Source of the DNA: Candidatus Moanibacter sp.
Lineage (GTDB): Bacteria; Verrucomicrobiota; Verrucomicrobiia; Opitutales; UBA2987
Assembly (NCBI GenBank): GCA_965215885.1
Contig: CBDCEW010000073.1
Coordinates: 1 to 41,771 of the forward strand
Direction: 5' to 3'
Length of the DNA: 41,771 bases
Shown: positions 1 to 12,214 of the stretch, piece by piece
Layout: each line of letters opens with the position of its first letter
Position numbering within the stretch: position 1 is the first letter of the stretch
The notes under the pieces: model-generated
Told to the model about the DNA's origin: nothing
The model's database searches: none
The model's input: the letters and a program-made list of their open reading frames with translations, nothing else
Program-made: the position numbers and the translations under genes

Positions 1-97
1 AGGCCATAAGAGGGCAGATTTAACCTGTCGGCCGAAGCCGCACACAAAATGAAACTACAGAATCTGATGCCGGGAGTTGTTGCCTGCCTCCAAATTC

Positions 98-339
98 ACT
101 GATAAGAAATCGCTTTCGAGCGGCACAGGCACACGCCCGTGGAGGCTGGCCCAGAGAAGCGCTTTCATGGTCCATGAGGATGCCAGAGCGGGGTCGAAAA
201 AGCAAGCCCGAATACCCTGTTCCCACAAACCAAGGTGCCGGAGGGTGCGCTCGATTACCTCGCGCACATTGATGAGCGCGACGATCCGCATCTCTCGCGC
301 ACATCGAGGATACAGCAACGGGTCGGCCTCCCAGACCTT
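98..339 (-). mobile_element. Remnant of IS91/ISCR-like rolling-circle element: transposase C-terminal fragment (214-339) plus downstream putative oriIS-side end (98-207)
   Basis: KVWEADPLLYPRCAREMRIVALINVREVIERTLRHLGLWEQG matches the pattern of the IS91-family C-terminal zinc-ribbon tail (DPLxCPxC...MRIIAxI...ILxHLGL), with the first Cys lost. The downstream 110 bp recur at 31335-33366. Confidence 0.6.
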
Positions 340-410
340 GTCCCCCAAAGCTTTAGCGAAGGGGGATGAGTTCGCGCCATCGAGTTGAGGAACTTCATTA
401 ACGGAAACCG

Positions 411-647
411 TTGGTTCTTCTTTTGATTGTCGTCGACATTCCACGCCTTAATCGCAAGCATTGCTCCTCGAATATGCCCCGCAAACTTACCCGCGATATG
501 ACGGTAGTCGACCAACTCGATGTGGCCGACGATAAACGCAATCGGGAGGTCTGGAAATGCGTTGTTAAGAGTGAGCACAACGTGACCATCTGCTGGGATC
601 TGGACGTTCCCCGCTGGAAAGAATTGCTCTTGAGTCTGTTGAACTAA
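411..647 (+). pseudogene. C-terminal fragment of an inosine/uridine-preferring nucleoside hydrolase
   Basis: LTRDMTVVDQL...NVTICWDLDVPRWKELL resembles the conserved TRGMTVVD tail of this family. No N-terminal DxDxxxDD part is present. Confidence 0.45.
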
Positions 648-753
648 AGGGTCAGCCCTTGAAAGTGATTTTGCTGAAAAAGTCCCCCTTGGTCGCCGTC
701 CCGTAGGATGTCCACTCGCAGGTCGTAGTCGATGGTCGATTCCGCTGAAAAGT

Positions 754-828
754 CCCCACGTTCTTGCGAACGCGGCTACGGTGATTCGTAAGTCGTTGAT
801 AAATGTAGCCGCGTTCGCAAGAACTTGG
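754..828. repeat. Inverted pair of GTAG-type REP-like hairpins (REPIN/BIME-like)
   Basis: Perfect 20-bp inverted repeat GTTCTTGCGAACGCGGCTAC (760-779) / GTAGCCGCGTTCGCAAGAAC (805-824). Each unit is GTAG plus the hairpin CCGCGTTC-GCAA-GAAC(G/T)TGG. Confidence 0.7.
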
Positions 829-1140
829 TCGCGAATTCCGCGACTGCGACTTATTAAGCGGAATCGAGATGAGCAAGGGCTGACCCCTTCCACCCCTGGA
901 AATCGGTGGGTTTTCGATCCCAGTGAAAAAACATCCCTTCCTGAATCGGTCGCCTCTTTCTCACCAAGCCGTAGAAAATGTCCGAATCGCACAGCGGTCC
1001 GGCTACCCTTTTCAACCACTTAGGTTATCTTAGTAGCTGGGCCGTTGTTGACCCTCGAAGTCCCGCTCAGCGGGAGCGAAGGGGGGTCCGGTTCAGCTCA
1101 TTTGAAAATTCCTGAGTCAATTCAGGAAATTCGATTTGCA

Positions 1141-2013
1141 TCATTCCTGGCGTCGATTCTTTTCACCGGCGAAGAGGAATTGCTGGGCAAGTCCCGCGTA
1201 AGGGCCGAAGCGGGTTCGTCCGAAATGAGCGATCTGCCTGGGATTCCGGCCATTTATGCGGTAGAGACGGTTCATGCACTTTGTAATCCAGACGTCGACG
1301 GGAAAGGCCTCGTATTTGCCGGCGCCGAATAGGAGGACGCAATCGGCGATTTTTTCGCCGACTCCGGGCAAGAGCAGGAGTCTCTCTTTTGCTTGAGGGT
1401 AGGAGATGTTGGCAATTTCCGCGAGGTAATTTGGACGAGTTTCTAGGAACGCCGCGGTCTCTTTGATATAGCGGGCGCGGTAGCCGGTTTTGCAGGTTCT
1501 CAATTCGGCCTCGGGAGCGCCATGAAGGGTAGACCAGGTCGGTAAGGTGAAGGTATCATGGAATAGTCTCTGACCCAAGCGCTCAGCCAGGAGTCCGCAG
1601 ATTTGTTGGATCTGGACGATCTGTTTGTTGGAGCTGCAGATAAAGGTGAGGAGCGTCTCGTCCAAGGGTTGCCGCAGGATACGCAAACCCTTCCAATTTC
1701 GTATGGCCGATGCCAATGCTTTATCGGAGCGCCACGGCAGTTTTTTACAGGCCCCGACAAAGTCGAATGAAGAGGCGAAATATCCAGGCAGCTCGCGTTT
1801 CACGTGTGGGAGCAGTTTTACCGGAGCGGACCATTGGAGTTCAGATTGCGCGTTGAGGCGCACTTTGGCGATGCAGGAGGCCCATTGACCGAGCCATGTG
1901 CCGGGCTTAAGCTCATGCCAGCGGAAAGACTGGCCGCCTCTAAGGGTCTCGGCGAGGGAGATCGCGGTGAATTCGATGGGAGGTTGAAGAGCTTGCCAGT
2001 TTGACCAGGACAT
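1141..2013 (-). CDS. 8-oxoguanine DNA glycosylase / HhH-GPD base-excision glycosylase (Ogg1-like)
   Basis: N-terminal TLRGGQSFRW, GYRARYI, HhH LPGVGEKIADCVLLF with catalytic Lys, FPVDVW, GPYAGLAQQFLF. Confidence 0.9.
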   Translation of the reverse strand: MSWSNWQALQPPIEFTAISLAETLRGGQSFRWHELKPGTWLGQWASCIAKVRLNAQSELQWSAPVKLLPHVKRELPGYFASSFDFVGACKKLPWRSDKALASAIRNWKGLRILRQPLDETLLTFICSSNKQIVQIQQICGLLAERLGQRLFHDTFTLPTWSTLHGAPEAELRTCKTGYRARYIKETAAFLETRPNYLAEIANISYPQAKERLLLLPGVGEKIADCVLLFGAGKYEAFPVDVWITKCMNRLYRINGRNPRQIAHFGRTRFGPYAGLAQQFLFAGEKNRRQE

Positions 2014-2024
2014 GGGGGATTGTT

Positions 2025-2176
2025 CAGAGGGCAGAAGTCAGAGGTCAGAATTCAGAGGTCAGAGGCCGATGGGATGCGAGATGCAGGTAGGGGGAATGAA
2101 AGGAAATGGCACGGTGGAAGAGTAACAGAGTGGCAGAGCGAGAAGAGCGGTTATTGGTTGTGGGTTTTTGGTTTTG
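2025..2176. repeat. Mosaic of short-period tandem repeats (6 x CAGARRN-like heptamers, then GATGC-, AGTGGCAG- and GGTTNTT-like tracts)
   Basis: cagaggg cagaagt cagaggt cagaatt cagaggt cagaggc at 2025-2066, followed by other 7/8-nt periodic tracts. Confidence 0.75.
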
Positions 2177-2229
2177 CCGAGTCTCTGAGTATAGGCTGCG
2201 AAGAAGAATGTGAAAGAGTAGGAAGGGGG

Positions 2230-2703
2230 TTAACGGGTCTTCCAGAGGTAGCTCTCCTTTTGGGCGAGTGCAATTTTATTGGTGTCGTAGAGGGTGATTT
2301 TCCAGGCGAGAACGGGAGTGTCTTTGTCGGGCCAGTCGTGACCGGTGATTCCGGCGAAGATTTCGCGGGAACGAGGGGCATTTTCGGGGAAGGGGAGACG
2401 GAAAGTTCTAATATCCGGCTCATGAGGCGCAATCAATTGGAGTTCGATAATTGAGCCCAGCGCAAGTTGACGGGATTTGCGGTCGAGGGTAATGATGAAA
2501 TACATACCCGAACGGGCGTCGGACTCGCTGCGCGTGATGATTCTGCGGCCAGTGTTTTCTTCGCCCGAGAAGTACTCGCGGATGTGCTGAAAGTCCCTCT
2601 CTTCGATGTATTTGGAATGTACATGCAGGATCTCTATTGCGTATGCCGGTGTGGCAAACGTCAGTAGGATGACAGCGATGCTTTTCAGGAGAATCCCGGC
2701 CAA
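2230..2703 (-). CDS. Hypothetical exported protein (start approximate)
   Basis: Signal-peptide-like LAGILLKSIAVILLTFATPAYA followed by a globular region. The upstream 63 codons of the ORF track run through repeat DNA and are probably not translated. Confidence 0.65.
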   Translation of the reverse strand: MAGILLKSIAVILLTFATPAYAIEILHVHSKYIEERDFQHIREYFSGEENTGRRIITRSESDARSGMYFIITLDRKSRQLALGSIIELQLIAPHEPDIRTFRLPFPENAPRSREIFAGITGHDWPDKDTPVLAWKITLYDTNKIALAQKESYLWKTR

Positions 2704-2791
2704 ACGATTGTGAATAACAGGGAAGGAATTGACCGCGGATGACCTAGCGCAGCGTAGCCGCAACCAAAAAAGAAGAAGAGAACCGCAGATG

Positions 2792-2889
2792 CACGCAGAT
2801 GGACGCGAATGTAGAAGGAATCTCCTACTTCCCTTGGGTAACCTCGTCGCGAACCTTGACCCAAACCTTGTCGACTGCAGTTTATTGAA
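2792..2889 (+). repeat. 98-bp dispersed intergenic repeat, copy 1
   Basis: Aligns without gaps to 20087-20184; 7 mismatches by manual count. Confidence 0.9.
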
Positions 2890-3119
2890 CATCCAACATC
2901 GAATGCCGAAGGTCTCTACTTCGATGTTCGCAATTCGTCTTCGGTGAGGCTGTTCGGATCCGTTGGGAATCCCTCTTCATTAGATCCGCGGTTTCCTCGA
3001 ATCCGTGGGCACTCTTCCTCTCTTCATCCCTCTCCGTTCTCTTTGTTTCCTTCTGTTCAATTCTCCGTGGTTCTCTGTTCCCTCCTGTTCAAATCTTTTC
3101 TCTTTACCCGTAAGCCACG

Positions 3120-5120
<2,001 letters not shown>

Positions 5121-5129
5121 TGGAATTTC

Positions 5130-6239
5130 CTATTGGAGCATGACCATGGAATCGCGGTGAACCGCCTCGAGGCGCCTGCGGTGGGGAAATCTCGTCCTGA
5201 TCTGATCGGAACTTTTTCGAATGATTTGTGCCAATTCGGCACTTGAAAATTGACTAATCCCCCGGGCAATAGCTTCTCCCTCACCTATTGTAATGGTGAC
5301 AACAGATCCAACTTCGAAGGTACCGTTGATTGCGATGATTCCGCTTGCCAGCAAGCTGCTCCCGCCGTGACTGAGCGCGTTGTTGGCGCCTTCGTCGACC
5401 CTGACTTCGCCTTCCGGATGTTGGAAAAACGCAAGCCACCGTTTCTTTGAAGCTAGAGGAATCTTATCGGGAACAAAGAATGTGCCTTCCGCCTGACCAT
5501 TGAGGAGATGAATAAGTATCTCGGAATCCCTACCGTTTCCGATAAAGACACCGCAGCCGGACTTGACGGCAATTTTGGCGGCTTCAATTTTAGTCCGCAT
5601 CCCGCCTACGGAAGTAGGGCTTCTGGTGCCCCCGGCGAGGCGCTCGAGTTCCGGTGTGATAGATTCCACGACTGGCACGATATTTCCGGTGCCCTCGCGA
5701 TCGATGAGTCCTGGTATGACGGACAGGATTATTAAGATATCCGCTTTGGTAAGACTGGCGACAAGCGAGGAGAGGACATCGTTTTCTCCGAACTTGATCT
5801 CTTCGGTACTGACGGAATCGTTCTCGTTTACAACGGGCACGATTCCTTCGGAGAGTAGTTTGTCAAAGAGATCCTTTACGGCGACGTGGCGGTCCCGCAC
5901 TCGAACATCCTCGCGTGTTAGAAGGATTTGCGCAACGTTATGGGAAAAGGGATTAAAGCCGGTCTGCCAGATGTCGGTAAGGATGCTTTGACCGACTGCG
6001 GCGCAGGCCTGTAAGGTGGTCATGTCGGTAGGGCGCCGTTTTATGCCGAGCCGCCCCATTCCGAGAGTGATCGCTCCCGAGCTGACGATAATTACCTGAA
6101 TACCCTTCCGGATGAGGACGTCCATCTGTCGGCAGATTTCGCCGATCCGGGTTTGGTCGATTTTTCCCTCTTGGGTGGTAAGGATTCCAGATCCCAGTTT
6201 TATGACGGCCCGTCGTGCGGTCTCGAATAGAAAGTGCAT
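5130..6239 (-). CDS. proB: Glutamate 5-kinase
   Basis: VIKLGS, VSSGAI, PVVNEND, GGMRTKIEAA and a C-terminal PUA domain. Confidence 0.96.
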   Translation of the reverse strand: MHFLFETARRAVIKLGSGILTTQEGKIDQTRIGEICRQMDVLIRKGIQVIIVSSGAITLGMGRLGIKRRPTDMTTLQACAAVGQSILTDIWQTGFNPFSHNVAQILLTREDVRVRDRHVAVKDLFDKLLSEGIVPVVNENDSVSTEEIKFGENDVLSSLVASLTKADILIILSVIPGLIDREGTGNIVPVVESITPELERLAGGTRSPTSVGGMRTKIEAAKIAVKSGCGVFIGNGRDSEILIHLLNGQAEGTFFVPDKIPLASKKRWLAFFQHPEGEVRVDEGANNALSHGGSSLLASGIIAINGTFEVGSVVTITIGEGEAIARGISQFSSAELAQIIRKSSDQIRTRFPHRRRLEAVHRDSMVMLQ

Positions 6240-6249
6240 GGAAAGCTTT

Positions 6250-6816
6250 CTATACCGTCATAAGCTCCTTTTCCTTCTTGGCAAGGTTCTGGCCAATTTC
6301 CGTAATGTGTTTATCGGTCTCATCCTGCACATCTTTGCCGTATCGTACGAAATCGTCCTTCGAGATTTCCCCCTTATTATGCAAAAGTTTCAACCCCTCC
6401 ATCGCGTCGCGTCTGGCATGACGCACACTTATCCTACTATCTTCGGCGATGGAGTGTGCCACCTTTACCAACTCCCGGCGCCTGTCGCCGCTTAGCTCCG
6501 GTACGGGAATTCTGATAACGCTACCGGCGACGGCAGGATTAAAACCAATATTGGCTGTTTGAATCGCCTTTTCGATGTCTTTGACGACGGACTTGTCCCA
6601 AGGCTGGATCTGAATCGTGCGCGGGTCCGGGGTAGTAATAGCGGCGATTTCGCGGAGTTGCATCGTTGAACCGTACGATTCTACCTTTACCTGAATATTC
6701 TCCACCATTCCGGGGGAAGCTTTACCCGTATGAAGAGCGCTGAATTCCTGCACCGTGTGCCCTATGGCGCTATCCATTTGCTCAACCGCTTCCAGGAAAA
6801 TATCCTCGTAGTTCAT
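6250..6816 (-). CDS. frr: Ribosome recycling factor
   Basis: TGKASP, IQPWDKS, IRIPVPELS, IRHARR-like motif. Downstream of pyrH; start taken at MNYED. Confidence 0.96.
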   Translation of the reverse strand: MNYEDIFLEAVEQMDSAIGHTVQEFSALHTGKASPGMVENIQVKVESYGSTMQLREIAAITTPDPRTIQIQPWDKSVVKDIEKAIQTANIGFNPAVAGSVIRIPVPELSGDRRRELVKVAHSIAEDSRISVRHARRDAMEGLKLLHNKGEISKDDFVRYGKDVQDETDKHITEIGQNLAKKEKELMTV

Positions 6817-6881
6817 CCTTTTCCGGTTCGATAATGTTTGGAATCTGTCGGACCCTAAGTCCGACAGACTCCGACAGGCTC

Positions 6882-7619
6882 TTAACACACCAGGGTTCCG
6901 ATCTTCTCTCCCAATACGGCCCTCTTAATATTTCCAGTTTTCTTCATATTCAGAACAATAATGGGCATTTTGTTATCAAGACAGAGCGAAAAAGCGGTGG
7001 AATCCATGACGCTAAGGCGTCGCTTCAAAACGTCAACAAAGGATATTTTATCATACTTTTTGGCGCTTTTAGCTCTTTTCGGATCCTTGTCGTAAACACC
7101 GTCGACATCGGTTGCCTTGAGCATGATATCGGCGCCGATTTCACTGGCCCTGAGAGCGGCGGCAGTATCCGTGGAAAAGTAAGGATTACCTGTTCCAGCG
7201 GCAAATATGACAAGACGTCCTTTCTCGAGGTGACGCACAGCTCGCCGCAAAATGAATGGTTCGCCCACCTCTTCCATTGGAATTGCTGTCTGGAGGCGGA
7301 CTTCCACACCGATTTTTTCAAGAAAATCCATGAAGGCGAGACCGTTGATAACAGTACCTAACATACCCATGTAGTCTCCCGTGGTGCGGTCGACTCCTCT
7401 TTTCTGACCGGAAAGGCCCCGGAAGATATTACCTCCGCCAACAACGAGGCCAATCTCTACGCCGAGATCGTGTATCTCTTTTAGCTCGGCGCATATCCTT
7501 CTTAGGGCGCGGGCGCTGATCGGAGTGCCCGTATCCGGATTGCGAAGCGCCTCGCCACTGAATTTGATAATAACTCGTTTGAATTTTGGTTCTCCCTCGT
7601 CATTGGGACTTTTTGCCAT
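6882..7619 (-). CDS. pyrH: UMP kinase
   Basis: [40 protein letters not shown]. Confidence 0.97.
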   Translation of the reverse strand: MAKSPNDEGEPKFKRVIIKFSGEALRNPDTGTPISARALRRICAELKEIHDLGVEIGLVVGGGNIFRGLSGQKRGVDRTTGDYMGMLGTVINGLAFMDFLEKIGVEVRLQTAIPMEEVGEPFILRRAVRHLEKGRLVIFAAGTGNPYFSTDTAAALRASEIGADIMLKATDVDGVYDKDPKRAKSAKKYDKISFVDVLKRRLSVMDSTAFSLCLDNKMPIIVLNMKKTGNIKRAVLGEKIGTLVC

Positions 7620-7769
7620 AAAATGCTGTATTAGATGAATTCAGATAAAGAGGTCAACCTAATGCTGAGACTTGACGGGGACGGTAAAGATGGTAGATAG
7701 AGCCTATTCGAACAGGCTCCGGATAGAGCCGATTCAAAAGGTCTCCATACAGGTTGCCTTTTAGTGATT

Positions 7770-7840
7770 TGCCTGGTGGTGTAATGGTAGCACAGCTGAT
7801 TTTGGTTCAGCCAGTCCAGGTTCGAACCCTGGCCGGGCAG
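7770..7840 (+). tRNA. tRNA-Gln (anticodon TTG), CCA not encoded
   Basis: Acceptor stem TGCCTGG/CCGGGCA, D-arm GGTGTAATGGTAGCAC, anticodon stem GCTGA/TCAGC with loop TT-TTG-GT, T-arm CCAGG-TTCGAAC-CCTGG. Confidence 0.95.
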
Positions 7841-7923
7841 TTCTTTCGACGCGCTCACTTACGTTCTCTTGCTCATGGCAGGCCATTCGAAGAGAAACAG
7901 CCGCGATGATTGAAACGGGTTAC

Positions 7924-9228
7924 TTACCGCGCGTCGAATGCGGATTCCCGCCCGTTGAGGAGGAAGGGGCTGAATTGGTGACTGATTCTCTTGGGAATAT
8001 TGCCCACGATATGAACACCTTCGGCAAGATGAGACTCTCGTTTTACGCAGCCGAATCGGTGGAGGCGGTTAACCAGATCATAGCGTTGATGGGGAATAAG
8101 CAATTCGATCGATTTGATCGCAGACTCAAGGAATTCATCAATACTCGCTAAGAGTTCATCCTCTCCCTGACCTGTTCGGGCGCTGAAATAGACTGCCTTC
8201 TCCCGCTCCCATTGCTGAATTTCCTGGAAATCCTCTTTTCCAAGCAGATCGATCTTATTATAGACGGTGACCATCGGTTTATCTTCGGCGCCAAGTTCCC
8301 GTAGAATCTGAAAGGTTGTTTCCCGTTGCTTATCGATCTGGGAACTTGTCGTATCGATGACGTGAATCAGAAGATCGGATACGACGGCTTCTTCGAGAGT
8401 GGCCTTAAATGCTTCGATCAAGTGGTGAGGAAGTCTTCCTACGAAGCCAACCGTGTCGGTGAGAAGAACCGTTTGACCGGAGGGCAGTACGAGCCGGCGG
8501 GTTGTGGGGTCCAGGGTAGCGAACAAATTGTCCTGGACGAGGACGCCTGATCGAGTGAGCCTGTTGAGGAGGGAGGACTTACCGGTATTCGTGTAGCCTA
8601 CAATAGCGGCTGTGGCAGTAGGAACTCGGAGGCGCTGCTTTCTTTGTAAACCCCGCCTTTTGACGACTTTGGAAAGGTCCTTTCGCAACCGGGCTATGCG
8701 ATTGCGAACCAGCCTCTGATCAATCTCGATCTGCGCTTCACCTTCTCCGCGCTGAGTGGCGCCACCGCCCCGCTGTCTGCCCAGGTGCATCCATGCACGC
8801 TTGAGACGGGGCAGGGAGTACTCCATGCGGGCAAGATCGACTTGAAGAACGGCTTCTTTGGTTTGGGCGCGTTCGGCAAAAATCTCGAGTATCACCTCCC
8901 GTCGATCGATAACGCACAATCCACTCTCGGCTTCCCAGTTTCTCTGCTGAGCCGGACTCAAATCATCGTCAAATACGATGCATTCGCAGTGCAACCGTTG
9001 GGCGGAACTGATGACCTCAAAGGTCTTACCGCGACCAAGGAGAAAGCGCGATTTTGGGGAATTAATACGGACGATTTCGCGATGTTTTGCTTCAATCCCG
9101 AGAGTTTCAACAAGACTTGCCAGCTCATCGACCAAAGCGGAGGCTTCTTCGAAAGGTGTCCGCGGGTGTTGAACGCCTATAAGTAAGGCGTTTTCAATCA
9201 TTCTCGGCTTCTCTTTTACTTCGAACAT
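7924..9228 (-). CDS. hflX: GTPase HflX
   Basis: LSPAQQRN, GYTNTGKS, LFATLDPT, DTVGF, FKATLEE, NKID. Confidence 0.96.
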   Translation of the reverse strand: MFEVKEKPRMIENALLIGVQHPRTPFEEASALVDELASLVETLGIEAKHREIVRINSPKSRFLLGRGKTFEVISSAQRLHCECIVFDDDLSPAQQRNWEAESGLCVIDRREVILEIFAERAQTKEAVLQVDLARMEYSLPRLKRAWMHLGRQRGGGATQRGEGEAQIEIDQRLVRNRIARLRKDLSKVVKRRGLQRKQRLRVPTATAAIVGYTNTGKSSLLNRLTRSGVLVQDNLFATLDPTTRRLVLPSGQTVLLTDTVGFVGRLPHHLIEAFKATLEEAVVSDLLIHVIDTTSSQIDKQRETTFQILRELGAEDKPMVTVYNKIDLLGKEDFQEIQQWEREKAVYFSARTGQGEDELLASIDEFLESAIKSIELLIPHQRYDLVNRLHRFGCVKRESHLAEGVHIVGNIPKRISHQFSPFLLNGRESAFDAR

Positions 9229-9290
9229 CTACTCCTACGATACTCTATGCAGGTGGGTTTATCAAATGGCAGACAATACTATTTCTCGAG

Positions 9291-12047
9291 TTACTCGAGG
9301 GCGGCCTGTGCTGCGGCGAGACGGGCTACGGGTACTCGGGGAGGCGAGCAACTTACATAGTTAAGGCCCACGCGATGGAAGAATCTGACAGACTCGGGAT
9401 CGCCACCGTGTTCACCACATATTCCAATTTTGAGTTCATTTCGCACTTTTCGTCCTTTTTCGACAGCGAGTTCGACGAGATATCCGACGCCGTCCTGGTC
9501 GATGGAGGCGAAAGGATTCTGCGTGAGAATCTCGAGGTCCTGGTAGCTGGGGAGAAAACTTCCTGAATCGTCTCGACTCATTCCGAGTGTCGTCTGGGTC
9601 AGATCGTTCGTGCCGAAGCTAAAGAAATCGGCGGTCTTCGCGATTTGGTCGGCCCTGATTGCCGCCCGTGGAATTTCAATCATGGTCCCGACGAGATATC
9701 TGAACTTTACCTTTTTCTTTTTCATGACCTCCGTGGCAATCCGGTGAATGATCGTAATCTGGTTCTCCAGTTCTCCGGAAAAGCTTACTAGCGGTACCAT
9801 AACCTCCGGTTCGACACGGATGGATTTTTTCCCTCGCGAAACATGAGCGGCCGCCTCGAAAATCGCTCGAGCCTGCATCTCCGTGATTTCGGGATAGGTA
9901 ATGCCGAGGCGACACCCCCTGTGCCCAAGCATCGGATTCTGCTCGTGCAGCGCCTTGACCCGATCGGCGATCAATTCGGTGGGAACGCCGAGAGTCTCGG
10001 CGAGGGCGTTGCGCGAGGAGACATCCTGTGGAAGGAACTCGTGGAGTGGGGGGTCGAGAAGGCGGATAGTAACGGGACGATTACCCATGGCGCGGAAGAT
10101 CCCTATAAAATCTTTCCTCTGGAAGGGTAGCAGCTTCTTGAGAGCGGCTCGGCGTTCGGCTTCGTCCGTTGCGAGGATCATTTGGCGCATAAAATTGATC
10201 CGATCACCTTCAAAGAACATATGCTCAGTTCGACAGAGACCGATACCTTGTGCTCCCAGTGCGACCGCATGGTTCGATTGAGAAGGGGTATCGGCGTTGG
10301 CGCGTACCTTGAGCCTTCGGTGTCTGTCGGCCCATTTCATAACCTGGCTGAAGAGTTGAAAAGTGTAGCTCTTTTCAGGCGCCAGTTTGCCGTCCAACAC
10401 CTGGTTAACTTCGGAGGGAGCGGTATCGACGTAACCGGAAAAGACTTCGCCGGTGGTTCCATCGATGGAGATGTGGTCGCCTTCCTTGAGGACGATGCGG
10501 TCGACTTTCAGGAGGCGAGCGCTATAGTCCATGATGACGTCCTGGGCGCCACAAACACAGACCTTTCCCATCTGACGAGCGACGAGAGCCGCGTGAGAGC
10601 TGACCCCACCCCGAGATGTAAGAATGCCCTGGGCTGCGATCATGCCGCGCAGATCATCCGGAGAAGTCTCAATGCGGCAAAGCACAACGTGTTCTCCGTG
10701 GCTTGCCAAACGCACTGCTTCACTGGCGGAGAAGACGATTTTCCCCGAGGCGGCACCAGGACCGGCGGGCAGACCTGATGCGATCTTATCTGCCGACCTT
10801 CGACTTTTATCATCGAAAACGGGCACCAGGAGGGTGGATATTGAATCGGCCGGAATTCTCTTTAAGGCGGTTGCCACGTTCATCAACCGCTCCCTTACCA
10901 TTTCCACAGCAATACGCACAGCGGCGAGACCGGTGCGTTTACCATTGCGAGTCTGCAGCATGTAAAGGGTCCCTTCTTCAACAGTGAATTCGAAGTCCTG
11001 CATGTCCTTAAAGTGTCTTTCCAGGATGTGGCGGACTCTTTCCAGATCTCGATGGGCCTGCGGCATCTCATTAGCCAGCTCGGCGATCGGTTTAGGCGTG
11101 CGCACTCCCGCTACAACGTCCTCACCCTGGGCGTTCATAAGGTACTCACCGTAGAATACCTTTTCGCCGTTGGCCGGATCACGGGTGAAGGCAACTCCGG
11201 TAGCGCAATTGTCCCCCATGTTTCCAAAGACCATGGCTTGGACGTTTACCGCGGTGCCCCAGCCGGCGGGGATATTGTACTTTTGCCGGTAGACGATTGC
11301 GCGTTCGTTGTGCCAGGAGCCGAAGACAGCGCCGACTGCTCCCCAGAGCTGCTCATATACATCCTGAGGGAAATATCTACCGGTTCGCTTTTTGATCAGT
11401 TTCTGGAAACGCTCTATGAGTTCGCTGAGATCATCAGCCGTCAGGTCGGTATCGAATTCCGCGCCTCTCTCCTTCTTGAGATCGTTCATGATGGAGTCGA
11501 AGGGCTCATGTTCATTCTCGTCACGGGGTTGGACGCCCATAACAACGTCACCGTACATCTGGATAAAGCGGCGGTAGCAGTCATGGGCGAAACGCGGATT
11601 GCCGGTGAGGCTGGCCAGACCTTCAACCGTGTCATCGTTGAGGCCGAGGTTTAGAATTGTGTCCATCATCCCCGGCATCGAGTCTCGGGCACCGGAACGC
11701 ACGGAGAAGAGGAGGGGGTTTCCCGGGGCGCCAAACTGCTTACGCATCTGCTTTTCTACCTCGGCAACAGAGGAGCGCACAGTGCGTTCGAGAGATTTCG
11801 GGAAGGTGGATTTGTTGTCGTAATAATAGGTACAGACTTCAGTTGTGATGGTGAATCCCGGAGGTACGGGAAGACCGATTCGAGCCATTTCGGCGAGATT
11901 GGCGCCCTTTCCCCCGAGGAGACCACGCAATGTGGCATTGCCATCAGATTTCTTTCCGAAGGCATAGATATACTTCTGTTCTTTCGATCTTCTCTTGATT
12001 GGAGAAGACGCTCGGGATTTGTTTGAGCCTTTTTTCTTCGTGGACAT
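9291..12047 (-). CDS. ppdK: Pyruvate, phosphate dikinase
   Basis: [19 protein letters not shown], phospho-His [35 protein letters not shown]. Confidence 0.97.
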   Translation of the reverse strand: MSTKKKGSNKSRASSPIKRRSKEQKYIYAFGKKSDGNATLRGLLGGKGANLAEMARIGLPVPPGFTITTEVCTYYYDNKSTFPKSLERTVRSSVAEVEKQMRKQFGAPGNPLLFSVRSGARDSMPGMMDTILNLGLNDDTVEGLASLTGNPRFAHDCYRRFIQMYGDVVMGVQPRDENEHEPFDSIMNDLKKERGAEFDTDLTADDLSELIERFQKLIKKRTGRYFPQDVYEQLWGAVGAVFGSWHNERAIVYRQKYNIPAGWGTAVNVQAMVFGNMGDNCATGVAFTRDPANGEKVFYGEYLMNAQGEDVVAGVRTPKPIAELANEMPQAHRDLERVRHILERHFKDMQDFEFTVEEGTLYMLQTRNGKRTGLAAVRIAVEMVRERLMNVATALKRIPADSISTLLVPVFDDKSRRSADKIASGLPAGPGAASGKIVFSASEAVRLASHGEHVVLCRIETSPDDLRGMIAAQGILTSRGGVSSHAALVARQMGKVCVCGAQDVIMDYSARLLKVDRIVLKEGDHISIDGTTGEVFSGYVDTAPSEVNQVLDGKLAPEKSYTFQLFSQVMKWADRHRRLKVRANADTPSQSNHAVALGAQGIGLCRTEHMFFEGDRINFMRQMILATDEAERRAALKKLLPFQRKDFIGIFRAMGNRPVTIRLLDPPLHEFLPQDVSSRNALAETLGVPTELIADRVKALHEQNPMLGHRGCRLGITYPEITEMQARAIFEAAAHVSRGKKSIRVEPEVMVPLVSFSGELENQITIIHRIATEVMKKKKVKFRYLVGTMIEIPRAAIRADQIAKTADFFSFGTNDLTQTTLGMSRDDSGSFLPSYQDLEILTQNPFASIDQDGVGYLVELAVEKGRKVRNELKIGICGEHGGDPESVRFFHRVGLNYVSCSPPRVPVARLAAAQAALE

Positions 12048-12214
12048 GATTCTCAGTTCTTTTTTCTTGTACTCCCGGTAGAGGGAGTATTGGTTGTGCG
12101 CTTCGAAGGAGAAGGGGCAAGAAAATTCTGGATGCTGGTCAGCAAGAAGATTAGTCTTTTCTTCATACTACCCAACTCTATATTTCCCGGTTCCAAGAAT
12201 CGAACAGTGTCGGT

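Noticed and set aside
255..1019. 254-aa minus-strand ORF
   Set aside because: Runs through REP-like hairpins and antisense to the hydrolase fragment; no recognisable motifs.
2704..2892. N-terminal extension of the 220-aa ORF, and the similar small ORFs at 2729 and 20129
   Set aside because: These are translations of the non-coding dispersed repeat.
2025..3095. Possible CRISPR or guide-RNA array
   Set aside because: No constant repeat with regular unique spacers, and no cas-like gene in the window.
7770..7840. tRNA-Gln as an island integration site
   Set aside because: Flanked by core genes pyrH and hflX; no integrase and no duplicate of its 3' end seen.
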